A DNA stretch of 58,597 nt from an uncultured Bacillales bacterium (GCA_947168965.1 CAMVNW010000001.1:1-58597); one strand, 5' to 3'. Shown: positions 17,920 to 27,651, counted from the first letter of the stretch. Translations and numbers: made by a program. The notes: generated from the sequence alone by a model not told the origin.

Positions 17920-19215
17920 CTATTTTTTGTCAAATTTGTTTTTATATTCTGTTATGTATTTTTCTTCTATTATTTTTAAATCATTAGGGCTCATAAATAA
18001 TAATACAGAATTGTTATGTTTTACTAGTTTTTTTATTTCTTCTTTTTTTAAATATTCGCCTTGTTTTAGACCGTTAATTATTATTTTTGAGTTTATATTT
18101 GGATATTCTTCTTGGGTTTCTCTAGATTTATATATATCCATCACATATGTATAATCTGCTTTATCTAGTTCTTTTATTATTTGTTTGTAAAATTTTTGTG
18201 TTCTTGAATATGTATGGGGCTCAAATATCGCTATTAATTTTTTATTAGGATATTTTTGTTTTACTGCTTCTATTGTTGCTTTTATTTCATTTGGGTGATG
18301 AGCATAATCGTCTATTATTATGTTATCTAATACCTTTGTTTCGCTGAATCTTCTCTTTGCTCCTTTGAATGTTTTTAATTTTTTATATACATTATCTATA
18401 TCTATATTTTCTAAATAAGAAACTGCTATTGCAGCGAGTGTATTTTCTATCATATGGTTACCATAAAATGGTAATTCAAAGTGATATATATATTTATTTT
18501 CTATGTACAAATCAAATTTTACTCCTTGATCATTATACTCTATATTTTTTGCTTGAAAATAGTTTTTTTCTTCGATTCCATAGTAATATATTTTTTTATG
18601 ATTTAATTTTTTAGTGTAGTTATCATCTCCGCATGCTATTACTATGTTTGCTTTTTTTATAAACTCTTGATATGCATCTACTACTTCTTCAATATTTTTA
18701 TAATAATCAACGTGATCTAAATCTATGTTGGTTATTATTGCGTAATTAGGATTATAGTTTAAAAAGTGTTTTTTATATTCACATGCTTCTAGTACAAAAT
18801 AGTCACTTTGTGTTATAGAACCACTTCCATCTCCAATTAAGAAGTTTGAATCTAATATGTGAGAAATCATTGATGATGTTGTTGTTTTTCCATGGCAGCC
18901 TGAAACTGTTATTAAATTATATTTATCTGTTATTTTCGCAATCATTTCTTGATAAGTATAGATTTTTAAGTTTTTCTTTTTTGCTTCTTCTACTTCTATA
19001 TTTTCATCATTGAATGTATTTCCTTTAATTATTATCATATTTTCTTTTATGTTGTTTTTATCGAATTCTAATATTTTTATATTATTTTCGTTTAATCCTT
19101 TTTCTGTAAAGAAATGTGTTTTATAATCACTCCCTTGTACGTTTTTTCCTAGTTGTTTCATTATTATTGCCAGTGAACTCATTCCTGAGCCTTTTATTCC
19201 TATAAAATGATACAT
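17920..19215 (-). CDS. murC: UDP-N-acetylmuramate--L-alanine ligase
   Basis: 431 aa. MYHFIGIKGSGMSSLA, GCHGKTTTSSM P-loop, Mur ligase C-terminal DDYAHHP. Confidence 0.9.
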   Translation of the reverse strand: MYHFIGIKGSGMSSLAIIMKQLGKNVQGSDYKTHFFTEKGLNENNIKILEFDKNNIKENMIIIKGNTFNDENIEVEEAKKKNLKIYTYQEMIAKITDKYNLITVSGCHGKTTTSSMISHILDSNFLIGDGSGSITQSDYFVLEACEYKKHFLNYNPNYAIITNIDLDHVDYYKNIEEVVDAYQEFIKKANIVIACGDDNYTKKLNHKKIYYYGIEEKNYFQAKNIEYNDQGVKFDLYIENKYIYHFELPFYGNHMIENTLAAIAVSYLENIDIDNVYKKLKTFKGAKRRFSETKVLDNIIIDDYAHHPNEIKATIEAVKQKYPNKKLIAIFEPHTYSRTQKFYKQIIKELDKADYTYVMDIYKSRETQEEYPNINSKIIINGLKQGEYLKKEEIKKLVKHNNSVLLFMSPNDLKIIEEKYITEYKNKFDKK

Positions 19216-19268
19216 AAAAAAACCTCCTATAATAACCTATTCTTTTTATTTTTTTAGGTTATTAGGAG

Positions 19269-20048
19269 CTAATCATTTATTAGTTCATATATTTTGGAGA
19301 TTATTCTTTGTGATTTTGGAGCGCTATATATAAATTTATTGTCTTCTTTTATTGCTTTTAATATTTCTCTTACTATTCCATTTAGTTTTGTTTTTTCAAA
19401 CAGTGTCCAAAATAATGTTTCTTTTTTTCTGATTTTTTTTATTTGGTTTTGAAAATATGATTCTATTTCCATCCAGTCATATTTATCTTCTATCATTATT
19501 TGATTAAATCCTGTTTTGTACATTCCTGGCAATACTAATTTAATTTTTATGTTTTTATTTATTAGTTTTATTTCTTTTTTTAGTACTTGTGTTAGTCTTA
19601 TAAGACTTGCTTTTGATGATGAATATGGACCCATAAATTTCATTGGCATTAATCCTGATAATGATGATATTATTATTACTTTACCGCTACCTTTTTTTAT
19701 CATATTTTTTAATACTATTTGTATTAATTCTATATTCTTAAATACATTTATTTCATATATTTCTTTTAATTTTTTTATGTCTATTTCAGCTATTGAACCT
19801 CCGTATCCTATTGCGGCATTACTTAAGAGTATATCTATGTCTAGTGTCTTTATTTGTTCTATGTCTTTTTTATTCAATAAGTCTAGTTTTATTACTTTTA
19901 TGTTTTTATCTTTTTTATATTTTTCTTTCAATAATTCTAGTTGTTTATTTGTATGTACTCCTAAGTATATTTTATATTTTTTCTTTATTTTTTTTATTAC
20001 TTCTTTTGCTATTCCACTTGTTGCTCCTGTATATAATATTGTTTTCAT
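19269..20048 (-). CDS. SDR family oxidoreductase
   Basis: TGATSGIA cofactor motif, NAA, YSSSK catalytic motif. Confidence 0.85.
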   Translation of the reverse strand: MKTILYTGATSGIAKEVIKKIKKKYKIYLGVHTNKQLELLKEKYKKDKNIKVIKLDLLNKKDIEQIKTLDIDILLSNAAIGYGGSIAEIDIKKLKEIYEINVFKNIELIQIVLKNMIKKGSGKVIIISSLSGLMPMKFMGPYSSSKASLIRLTQVLKKEIKLINKNIKIKLVLPGMYKTGFNQIMIEDKYDWMEIESYFQNQIKKIRKKETLFWTLFEKTKLNGIVREILKAIKEDNKFIYSAPKSQRIISKIYELIND

Positions 20049-20127
20049 AGTTCACCCTTTTTATTATTTACTGTTTTGTTTACTTTATTTATTTTTTGTG
20101 GTAAAATCTAATGCGTGAGGTGATTTT

Positions 20128-20676
20128 ATGTTTAAGAAATTAAATATTTTAGATGAAAAAGATAAACATTTAAGAGCTAAATCTACAGAAGTGGAGTTTC
20201 CACTATCACGTGATGACAAAAAATTAATTCAAAGAATTATTGATCATTTAACATATAGTCAAATTGAGGAATATGAAAAAAAGTATGATTTACGTCCTGG
20301 TATGGGACTTGCTTATCCTCAACTTGGTATAAATAAACGTATTATTGTTATTGTACATGAATATGAGGATGGTAAATTCGATAATTATGTTTTTATTAAT
20401 CCAAAAATTGTAAGTAGTTCTGAGGAAATGATTGCTGCTGAGGCTGGCGAAGGATGCTTAAGTGTTAACCGTGAGGTTGAGGGTCATGTTCCAAGACATG
20501 CTCGTGTTACTGTTGAGGGTTATGATGAGGATGGTAATAAAATTCGTGTTCGTGCTCGTGAGGATTTAGCTATTGCTTTTCAACATGAGATTGATCATTT
20601 GGATGGGATTTTATTCTATGATAGGATTAATAAGGATAAACCATTTTTTACTGAAAACGAAATGAGATTAATTTAA
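20128..20676 (+). CDS. def: peptide deformylase
   Basis: GMGLAYPQLG, EGCLS, HEIDHL motifs. Confidence 0.95.
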   Translation: MFKKLNILDEKDKHLRAKSTEVEFPLSRDDKKLIQRIIDHLTYSQIEEYEKKYDLRPGMGLAYPQLGINKRIIVIVHEYEDGKFDNYVFINPKIVSSSEEMIAAEAGEGCLSVNREVEGHVPRHARVTVEGYDEDGNKIRVRAREDLAIAFQHEIDHLDGILFYDRINKDKPFFTENEMRLI

Positions 20677-20698
20677 TCTTTTTTCTTTTGGAGGATTT

Positions 20699-21637
20699 AT
20701 GTTTTTATATAGTGATTCTAATAAAAGATACCATACTCTTGATTATTTTTATAAGCATAAGTTTGGGTGCAAGGTTTTTAAAATTAGTTTAAATGGTGGA
20801 TTTAGTTGTCCTAATATTGATGGCACATTGGGTAAGAATGGTTGTATTTATTGTTCTCCCCTTGGTAGCGGTGAATTTGCTGGCAGATCATGTGATGATT
20901 TGATTAAGCAGTTTAATTCTGTTAAAGAGATGATGAATAAAAAATGGTCTGGCAAATATATTGGTTATTTTCAAGCAAGAACTAATACTTATGCAGATGT
21001 TTCTGTTTTAAGAGAAAAATATGAAACTATTTTAGCTCTTCCTGATGTTATTGGATTATCTATTGCGACACGTCCTGATTCAATAAGTGATGAATGTTTA
21101 GAGTATTTAGATGATTTAAATAAAAGGACTTTTTTGACTGTTGAATTGGGTTTGCAAACTATTCATGAATCTACTACTAAACTTATTAATAGATGTCATA
21201 CTTTAAAATGTTTTGATGATATGGTTAAAAAGTTACGTGAACGCAATATTAATGTTGTTGTACATATTATTAATGGACTACCTGGTGAAACTCATGAGAT
21301 GATGCTTGATACTGTTAGACATATTAATAAGTTGGATATTCAGGGTGTTAAAATTCACATGCTTCATGTTGTTCGTAATACTCTTTTGGCTAGGATGTAT
21401 ATTAATAATCCATTTCATATATTAACGCGTGATGAATATGTTAATATTGTTTGTGATCAATTAGAGTTATTAAGACCTGAAATTGTTATTAATCGTATTA
21501 CTGGGGATCCTAAGAAGGAAGATTTGATTGAACCGGATTGGCTACTAAAGAAATTTTGTGTTTTAAATGAAATTGATAAGGAACTTGTTAGACGTAATTC
21601 TTATCAAGGAAAATATATAGAAAAAACGACTGATTAG
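20699..21637 (+). CDS. TIGR01212-family radical SAM protein
   Basis: CPNIDGTLGKNGCIYC cluster motif and overall length/pattern of the YhcC/TIGR01212 family. Confidence 0.85.
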   Translation: MFLYSDSNKRYHTLDYFYKHKFGCKVFKISLNGGFSCPNIDGTLGKNGCIYCSPLGSGEFAGRSCDDLIKQFNSVKEMMNKKWSGKYIGYFQARTNTYADVSVLREKYETILALPDVIGLSIATRPDSISDECLEYLDDLNKRTFLTVELGLQTIHESTTKLINRCHTLKCFDDMVKKLRERNINVVVHIINGLPGETHEMMLDTVRHINKLDIQGVKIHMLHVVRNTLLARMYINNPFHILTRDEYVNIVCDQLELLRPEIVINRITGDPKKEDLIEPDWLLKKFCVLNEIDKELVRRNSYQGKYIEKTTD

Positions 21638-21646
21638 TCGTTTTTT
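21621..21646. terminator. bidirectional terminator shared by convergent genes
   Basis: AAAAAACGAC-tgatta-GTCGTTTTTT. The TAG (plus gene) and TAA (minus gene) stop codons overlap inside the loop. Confidence 0.55.
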
Positions 21647-23010
21647 GGTATTATAAAATAAAATGTTGTGCCCTTGTTTATTTTTGTTTCTACTCCATAT
21701 TCGAAGTTATGGCTTATTAATATATTTTTTACTATTGATAATCCTATTCCAGAGCCAACTTGTACTCTTCTATGTGTTTTGTCTACTTTATAATATTTAT
21801 CCCAGATATATTCCAAATCTTTTTTATTTATTCCTTTTCCTGTGTCTTTTATTTCTACTCTTATGTTCTGTTTTTCTTCTTTTATATTTATTATTACTTT
21901 TTTGTCATCACCTGTATAGTTAATTGCGTTATTTATCAAGTTATATATTACTTGTTCTATTCTTTTTTTATCTGCTTTAATCATTGTATTAGGTTTTTCT
22001 TTATATTCTATATTGTAGTTTTCTTTTTCGATATATATTTCATATCTACTTATTATTGTATGCATTAATTCATTTAGATCAAATTCTTCTATTTCTAATG
22101 GTGTAGCGTTTGCTTTTATTTTTGATAATTCTAAGATGTCGTTTACTAACACATTTAGTCTATCTGTTTCTTCTATTATTGTGTTTAGGTTTTTATCCAT
22201 TTTTTCTTTGTCTTTATGTGTTACGTCTCTAATCAATTCTGCGTATGCTTTTATCATTGTTAATGGTGTTTTTAAATCGTGTGAAACGTTTGCCATTAAT
22301 TCTCTTCTTAAGTCTTCTGTTTTTTCTAATTCGTTACATGCATAATTTAATGTCTTTGATAGTTCATTTATTTCTTCTATTTCACTATTTTCAAAAGTAA
22401 TATTATAGTTTCCTCGCGCTAGTTCTTGTGCTTTGTTTTTCATTTTTATTATTGGATTTGATATAATTCTTGATATAAAGTATGAAACTAATAATGATAA
22501 AAGTATTACTATTAATGTTATATAGAACAATTGACTTCTTAGTATTGTTACTGTTGCGTCTATTGGTTCTAGTGATGCACTAACAAAAAGGTGTGTGTTA
22601 TTATTAAGTTTAAATGCTAAAACTAATGTTTCGTTATTGAATCTTGGATTTTTTAATGTATATCGTGCTGATGAGTCATTTGAGTCAATAAAGTCTTCTT
22701 TGTATGGTTCTTGTGTTGTTGCCATACATCCTTTATTAAATAGGTTTGAAATGTATATTAGTTTATTATCTTTTACTAATTCTATACAGACACTATCTTT
22801 ATGTGATATGTCATCAAGTACTTCGTAGTTTTCTTCACTATACGTTTCTGTTATGTTTTGTGCTGTACTTATTAGTTCTCTTGTTTTATACCATTTATAG
22901 TAACCATTTAAAAATATTACTTGGAATAACCATAATAGTATCAGAATACTCAATGAAAATACTATTAAATATAGCCAAATTTTATATCTTAAATTACTTT
23001 TTGCTTTCAA
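21634..23010 (-). CDS. sensor histidine kinase (2 TM, HAMP, HisKA, HATPase_c)
   Basis: H-box MANVSHDLKTPLT, N box NLINNAINYT, G boxes DTGKGI / GSGIGLSIV. Confidence 0.85.
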   Translation of the reverse strand: MKAKSNLRYKIWLYLIVFSLSILILLWLFQVIFLNGYYKWYKTRELISTAQNITETYSEENYEVLDDISHKDSVCIELVKDNKLIYISNLFNKGCMATTQEPYKEDFIDSNDSSARYTLKNPRFNNETLVLAFKLNNNTHLFVSASLEPIDATVTILRSQLFYITLIVILLSLLVSYFISRIISNPIIKMKNKAQELARGNYNITFENSEIEEINELSKTLNYACNELEKTEDLRRELMANVSHDLKTPLTMIKAYAELIRDVTHKDKEKMDKNLNTIIEETDRLNVLVNDILELSKIKANATPLEIEEFDLNELMHTIISRYEIYIEKENYNIEYKEKPNTMIKADKKRIEQVIYNLINNAINYTGDDKKVIINIKEEKQNIRVEIKDTGKGINKKDLEYIWDKYYKVDKTHRRVQVGSGIGLSIVKNILISHNFEYGVETKINKGTTFYFIIPKND

Positions 23011-23656
23011 ATTTATATCCCATTCCTCTTACTGTTACAATTAAATTTCTATATTGTTTTAGGTTATTCCTTAACATTTTTATATGTGTATCTATTGTTC
23101 TATCGTCCCCAAAGAAATCGTACCCCCAAATTTTACTTAATAATTGTTCTCTTGATAATGCGATATTTGGATTTTTTATAAAGTATGATAAGAGTTCATA
23201 TTCTTTTGGTGTCAGTTTAATTTCTTGATTATCTATTGATACTGTATGTCCTTTGAAGTCTATTTTTAATGTATCTAATATAAATTCATCTGTTTCGTTA
23301 TTTGTTCTTTTAAGAATTGCTTTTATTCTTGCGATTAGTTCTCTTGGTGAAAAAGGTTTTGTTAAGTAATCATCTGTTCCTAGATTAAATCCCATTAGTT
23401 TATCAAATTCTTCTTTTCTAGCTGACAATAGTATCACTGGAACATTTTTTATTTGTTTTATTTCTTTTAATGCACTATAGCCATCTAGTTTTGGCATCAT
23501 TATATCTAGTACTATTATATCTATATTATTTTCTTTTACTTTTTCTATTGCTTCTATTCCATTTTCTGCTTCTATTACTTCATAGTTTTCTAGTAAGCAG
23601 TATTCTTTTATTACTTCTCTTATTCCTTTTTCATCATCTACTATTAGTATTTTCAT
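22994..23656 (-). CDS. OmpR/PhoB-family response regulator
   Basis: Receiver (DDE...D52-like VLDIMMP, K) plus winged-helix C-terminus (LTPKEYELL...VRGMGYKF). Confidence 0.9.
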   Translation of the reverse strand: MKILIVDDEKGIREVIKEYCLLENYEVIEAENGIEAIEKVKENNIDIIVLDIMMPKLDGYSALKEIKQIKNVPVILLSARKEEFDKLMGFNLGTDDYLTKPFSPRELIARIKAILKRTNNETDEFILDTLKIDFKGHTVSIDNQEIKLTPKEYELLSYFIKNPNIALSREQLLSKIWGYDFFGDDRTIDTHIKMLRNNLKQYRNLIVTVRGMGYKFESKK

Positions 23657-23726
23657 GAAATCACCTCTATATATAATTATACATGTTATTTTGTATTTTT
23701 TGTGAAATTATATATTTTTCTATAAT

Positions 23727-23760
23727 AAAGCACCAATTATTGTATTGGTGTTTTATTTTG
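23727..23760. terminator. hairpin terminator downstream of smc
   Basis: CACCAAT-tattgt-ATTGGTG with flanking A/T-rich runs. Confidence 0.55.
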
Positions 23761-23767
23761 TTTTTTT

Positions 23768-26713
23768 CTAATTTTTTATTTCTTCTAATCTAACACTTAC
23801 TAGTTTTGATACTCCTGATTCTTGCATTGTTATTCCGTATAATGTGTTTGCATATTCCATTGTTTTTTTCTTATGTGTTATTATTATAAATTGCGAATTT
23901 TTTTGCAAACGTTTTACATATTTACCAAAGCTATCTACATTTACTTCGTCTAGAGCAGCTTCTACTTCATCTAGTACACAGAATGGTACTGGACGTGATT
24001 TTAGTATTGCGAATAATAAAGATATGGCTGTAAATGTTTTTTCTCCTCCTGATAATAAGGATAAGTTTTTTAGTTTTTTTCCAGGAGGTGATGCGACTAT
24101 TTCTATTCCTGTTTCTAGTAAGTTTTGTGGATCTGTTAGTTTAAGTGATGCCGATCCTCCTCTAAATAGTTCTTTAAATGTTTCATCGAAATTTTTATTT
24201 ATTATTTCAAATGTTTTACTGAATTCTCTTGTCATTACTGTATCCATTTCTTTTATTATATCTAGTAATGTGTTTTCTGCGTTTACCAAGTCTTCTCTTT
24301 GTGTTATTAGGAATTCATAACGTGTACTTATTTCTTCATATTCTTTTGGAGCATTTAAGTTTACGTCTCCAATTTCTTTTAGTTCTCTTTTTAATGTATT
24401 TACTTTTGTTCGAGCTAAATCTTCATCTAATTCTAGTTTATATAAACTTGTAGCTTTTTCATATGTCATATTGTAAGTTTCTGTTAATGTATTTAAAAGT
24501 GTATCAAGTTTTACATCAAGTCTATTTGTTTCTATTTCTAAGTCTTTTAGTTCTTTATTTTTTGTATTATATAGTGTGTTTTCCTTTTTTACTTGATGTT
24601 CAAATTGTTGTTGTTGTTCTTCTAAGTCGTGTTTTTCATCTTCTAAAATGCTTATGTTATTTGCTACTTCATCTTTTTTCTTTATTGATTCATAGTATTC
24701 TTTTAATATATTTTCTTCTTCTTCTGTTAATTTACCTTCAAGTATATTTTTTGTTCCATTTATGTCTTGAGTTATTTCTTCTATATTTTTCTCTAGTTCT
24801 TTTTCTTGTTTTTCTTTATTATTTATTAGTTCTTGTAGATTTATTCTTTCTTTGTTTAGTAAATATAATTCGTCTTCTTTTGATTTCATATTATAGTCAT
24901 TTTCATTAATTCTGTTTTCTATTTCTTTGATATTTAATTCTATTTGTTTTTGTTTTTGAATTGTATTTTCTAATTCATATTTTAATGATATGACGTTGTC
25001 TTTTTGTTTTGTATTTCCTCCTGTTATTGATCCACCAACGTGTAATATTTCTCCATCTAGTGTTACTATTCTATATCTGTAGTTTAATTTTTTACTTAAT
25101 CTGTTTGCTGTATCAATATTATCTACTACTATTATATTTCCTAATTGATTTTCTACTATATTTTTATATGTTTTATCGTATTTTACTAAGTTTGACGCAA
25201 CATCTATACATCCAGATTCATTAAGTATATATTTATCTGCTTCACTTATTTGTTTTTCTTTTATTACGGATAATGGGAAGAATGTCGCTCTACCTAAATT
25301 ATTTTGTTTTAAGTAGTTTATTGCTTCTTTTGCTGATAATTCATTATCTACTACTATGTTGTTTGTACTAGTCCCAAGACTTGTCGATATTGCTTTTTGA
25401 TATTTTTCTTCTACTTCTATTAAATTTCCTATTATATTATGTATTCCTGTTAATTTTGGATTATTAAGTATGTTTCTTACTGCTTGTGGTAATGAGTTAT
25501 TACTTTCAATTGTTTCTTTTAAACTTTGAATTTTTTGTTTAGTGTTTAGGTTGTTTCTGTATTCGTTTGATAATTTATTATTTAATGTTGATTTATTAGA
25601 TTTTATTACAGCAAGTTCTTGTTCTTTTTCGTTTATTTGTTTTTCTTTATTATCTAGTTCTTGTTTATTATTATTTAGTTCTAATTTTAATAGATTTATT
25701 TCATTTTCTAGTTTTAATTCTTGTTCTTTTAGATTCACTAGATTTTCATGTAATTTTGAATCATTTACTTCGTATTTTTGTCTTTCTAATATTATCTTTT
25801 TTCTACTGTTTAATTTTTCTGATAATTCTGTTAGTTCTAATAGTCTGTTTTGTTCTTCTTTTATTTTATTTTCTATGTCGTTTTGTTTTACTTTGTATTC
25901 TAATAGTTTTGTTTCGTTAGTGCTATTGGATGTTGTTATAGTGATTAATTCTTTATTTAATACTTCTATTTTTGATTTATTATCTTGATATTTATAGTTT
26001 AAATTTGTTATATCACTTGAAATTAAAGCTATTTCTATACTTTCTAATTCTTCTTTTAAATCTATATGTTTAAGTGCTTTATCTTTTTCTATTTTTAACG
26101 GTTCTACTCTTGTTTCTAATTCTTTAATTATGTCATTAACTCTACTTATATTATTGTTTGTTTTTTCTAATTTTTTTAATGCGTCTTCTTTTCTATGTTT
26201 ATATTTTAGTACGCTTGCTGCTTCTTCTATCATTACTCTTCTATCTGTAGGACGTGCTGATATTATTTCTTCTATTTGTCCTTGTGAAATAATATTAAAT
26301 GATTCTTTTGCCATACCACTATCTAGGAGTATATTTGTTATATCTTTTAGTCTACATTGTTCGTTGTTTAAATAATACTCATTTGTACCGTCTCTATATA
26401 CTCTTCTTTTTATTGATATTTCTGAAAAGTTTAAGTTTATATAGTGATCTGTATTATCAAATATTAATGTTACTGATGCGACATTTGATGCGCTTCTTGA
26501 TTTGCTTCCTTGGAAGATTACATCAGTCATGTTTCCGTCACCTCTAAGTGATTTTACTGATTGTTCTCCAAGTACCCATCTTATTGCGTCTACTACATTA
26601 CTTTTACCTGATCCATTTGGACCTACTATTCCTGTTATATTATTTTCTAAGTCTATTGTAATTTTATCTGCAAATGATTTAAATCCTTGCGCAATTATCT
26701 TTTTTAAATACAT
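23768..26713 (-). CDS. smc: chromosome segregation protein SMC
   Basis: 981 aa. N-terminal Walker A GPNGSGKSN, long coiled coils, hinge, C-terminal LSGGEK signature and Walker B FCVLDEVEAALD. Confidence 0.95.
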   Translation of the reverse strand: MYLKKIIAQGFKSFADKITIDLENNITGIVGPNGSGKSNVVDAIRWVLGEQSVKSLRGDGNMTDVIFQGSKSRSASNVASVTLIFDNTDHYINLNFSEISIKRRVYRDGTNEYYLNNEQCRLKDITNILLDSGMAKESFNIISQGQIEEIISARPTDRRVMIEEAASVLKYKHRKEDALKKLEKTNNNISRVNDIIKELETRVEPLKIEKDKALKHIDLKEELESIEIALISSDITNLNYKYQDNKSKIEVLNKELITITTSNSTNETKLLEYKVKQNDIENKIKEEQNRLLELTELSEKLNSRKKIILERQKYEVNDSKLHENLVNLKEQELKLENEINLLKLELNNNKQELDNKEKQINEKEQELAVIKSNKSTLNNKLSNEYRNNLNTKQKIQSLKETIESNNSLPQAVRNILNNPKLTGIHNIIGNLIEVEEKYQKAISTSLGTSTNNIVVDNELSAKEAINYLKQNNLGRATFFPLSVIKEKQISEADKYILNESGCIDVASNLVKYDKTYKNIVENQLGNIIVVDNIDTANRLSKKLNYRYRIVTLDGEILHVGGSITGGNTKQKDNVISLKYELENTIQKQKQIELNIKEIENRINENDYNMKSKEDELYLLNKERINLQELINNKEKQEKELEKNIEEITQDINGTKNILEGKLTEEEENILKEYYESIKKKDEVANNISILEDEKHDLEEQQQQFEHQVKKENTLYNTKNKELKDLEIETNRLDVKLDTLLNTLTETYNMTYEKATSLYKLELDEDLARTKVNTLKRELKEIGDVNLNAPKEYEEISTRYEFLITQREDLVNAENTLLDIIKEMDTVMTREFSKTFEIINKNFDETFKELFRGGSASLKLTDPQNLLETGIEIVASPPGKKLKNLSLLSGGEKTFTAISLLFAILKSRPVPFCVLDEVEAALDEVNVDSFGKYVKRLQKNSQFIIITHKKKTMEYANTLYGITMQESGVSKLVSVRLEEIKN

Positions 26714-26759
26714 ACTATCACCTTATTTTTTACACATATAATTATTATAAATTAATTAA

Positions 26760-26801
26760 AAAAAATAGTAAAGATTATTACTATTTTTTAATAAATTATT
26801 T
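26760..26801. repeat. 42-bp direct repeat, copy 1 (contains a 12-bp-stem hairpin)
   Basis: AAAAAATAGTAAAGATTATTACTATTTTTTAATAAATTATTT. Identical to 27688-27729. Arms AAAAAATAGTAA / TTACTATTTTTT. Confidence 0.9.
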
Positions 26802-26805
26802 TTAT

Positions 26806-26834
26806 TATATAAAAAGCACCAATAAAGGTGCTTT
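26806..26834 (-). terminator. intrinsic terminator downstream of the MazF-like gene
   Basis: Minus strand AAAGCACC-tttatt-GGTGCTTT followed by TTATATAAT. Confidence 0.6.
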
Positions 26835-26906
26835 GTAGAATGTCTAACGACACTTGTCATAGTATTGTATATATAACAATACCGTAAAAAGCATTTCTGC
26901 TCTTGT
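26806..26906 (-). ncRNA. candidate ~100-nt small RNA (or 16-aa micro-ORF transcript)
   Basis: Minus-strand TTGACA(26941-26936)-17 nt-TAGAAT(26918-26913) directly after the MazF-like stop codon. Internal hairpin GTATTGT-tatatat-ACAATAC. Ends at the 26806-26834 terminator. Only a weak SD before a 16-codon ORF. Confidence 0.3.
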
Positions 26907-26968
26907 ATCTATATTCTACATTATTATTTTATGTATGTCAAATATTTTTATACAATTTGATTACAACT

Positions 26969-27580
26969 TTACAGTAAAGTGTATTCTTTTACTATTTCTT
27001 CATCTATTACTCTTAATAGATCATTTGAAATTTTTATCTTGTCTATGTAATCAAATTCATTAATCGGCTTACAAATTGATAACTTACTTATTGTTTTTAA
27101 ATGTTTAATACATGCATAAGACATTTTTCCTTTTCTATTGCTATAATATTTCAAACATTTTTTTATTTTTTTGGTATTATCATCGCTTTCCTTTGATAAT
27201 AAATATGTTAATTCGTTTATTTTTTCTTCATCATACAATATATTATCTAACTCTATATTATAATTATGTTTTTTTGATGTTATTGGTATGACATGCAATA
27301 CTGGATTATTCATCGTATCTTTTTTCGATATAACAATAGCATAATGATCACCAGAAAATTCACTTCCAATATTAACGCCAAATTTAACTCTAACTATTTG
27401 TCCTCTTGAATATCTTTTAAATCTTGTAGGCTTTGTATTTATTTCATATAATAAAGTTTCACTTTCATTTAGTTTTGAATTTTCAAATTCAGTGAATTTA
27501 TCTTTTAAATTCATATCTGATATTTTAATATTATTATCATGTGCTTTCATTAATTTTATATGTTTTGTTTCTTCTTTCAA
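26969..27580 (-). CDS. atypical long MazF/PemK-fold protein (putative toxin)
   Basis: 203 aa, TTG start 9 nt after GGAG. Core RGQIVRVKFGVNIGSEFSGDHYAIVIS...VLHVIPITSKK...SYACIKHLKTISKLSI fits the MazF/Kid signature. Confidence 0.7.
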   Translation of the reverse strand: MKEETKHIKLMKAHDNNIKISDMNLKDKFTEFENSKLNESETLLYEINTKPTRFKRYSRGQIVRVKFGVNIGSEFSGDHYAIVISKKDTMNNPVLHVIPITSKKHNYNIELDNILYDEEKINELTYLLSKESDDNTKKIKKCLKYYSNRKGKMSYACIKHLKTISKLSICKPINEFDYIDKIKISNDLLRVIDEEIVKEYTLL

Positions 27581-27622
27581 ATATATCTTCTCCTTTGATT
27601 ATCTGTTTTTCTTTATGAGAAT

Positions 27623-27651
27623 AATATATCATACGAACAAACGTATGTCAA
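27623..27651 (-). promoter_or_regulatory. promoter of the MazF-like gene with an internal palindrome
   Basis: Minus strand TTGACA-17 nt-TATATT. The spacer carries CATACG-n6-CGTATG (27630-27647). Confidence 0.5.

Noticed and set aside
19216-19268. Imperfect 11-bp inverted repeat (CCTATAATAACCT...AGGTTATTAGG) between the SDR gene and murC
   Set aside because: Probably just a weak terminator or attenuator overlapping the murC SD. It has a 17-nt loop and a 2-nt bulge, and nothing distinctive supports a specific regulatory call.
19516-20118. 200-aa plus-strand ORF opposite the SDR gene
   Set aside because: Antisense shadow of a gene with intact TGxxxGIG/YxxxK motifs. Hydrophobic low-complexity translation.
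23844-25988. Several 70-160-aa plus-strand ORFs opposite smc
   Set aside because: All lie inside the 981-aa SMC gene on the other strand. The purine-rich coiled-coil coding sequence leaves the antisense frames free of stops.
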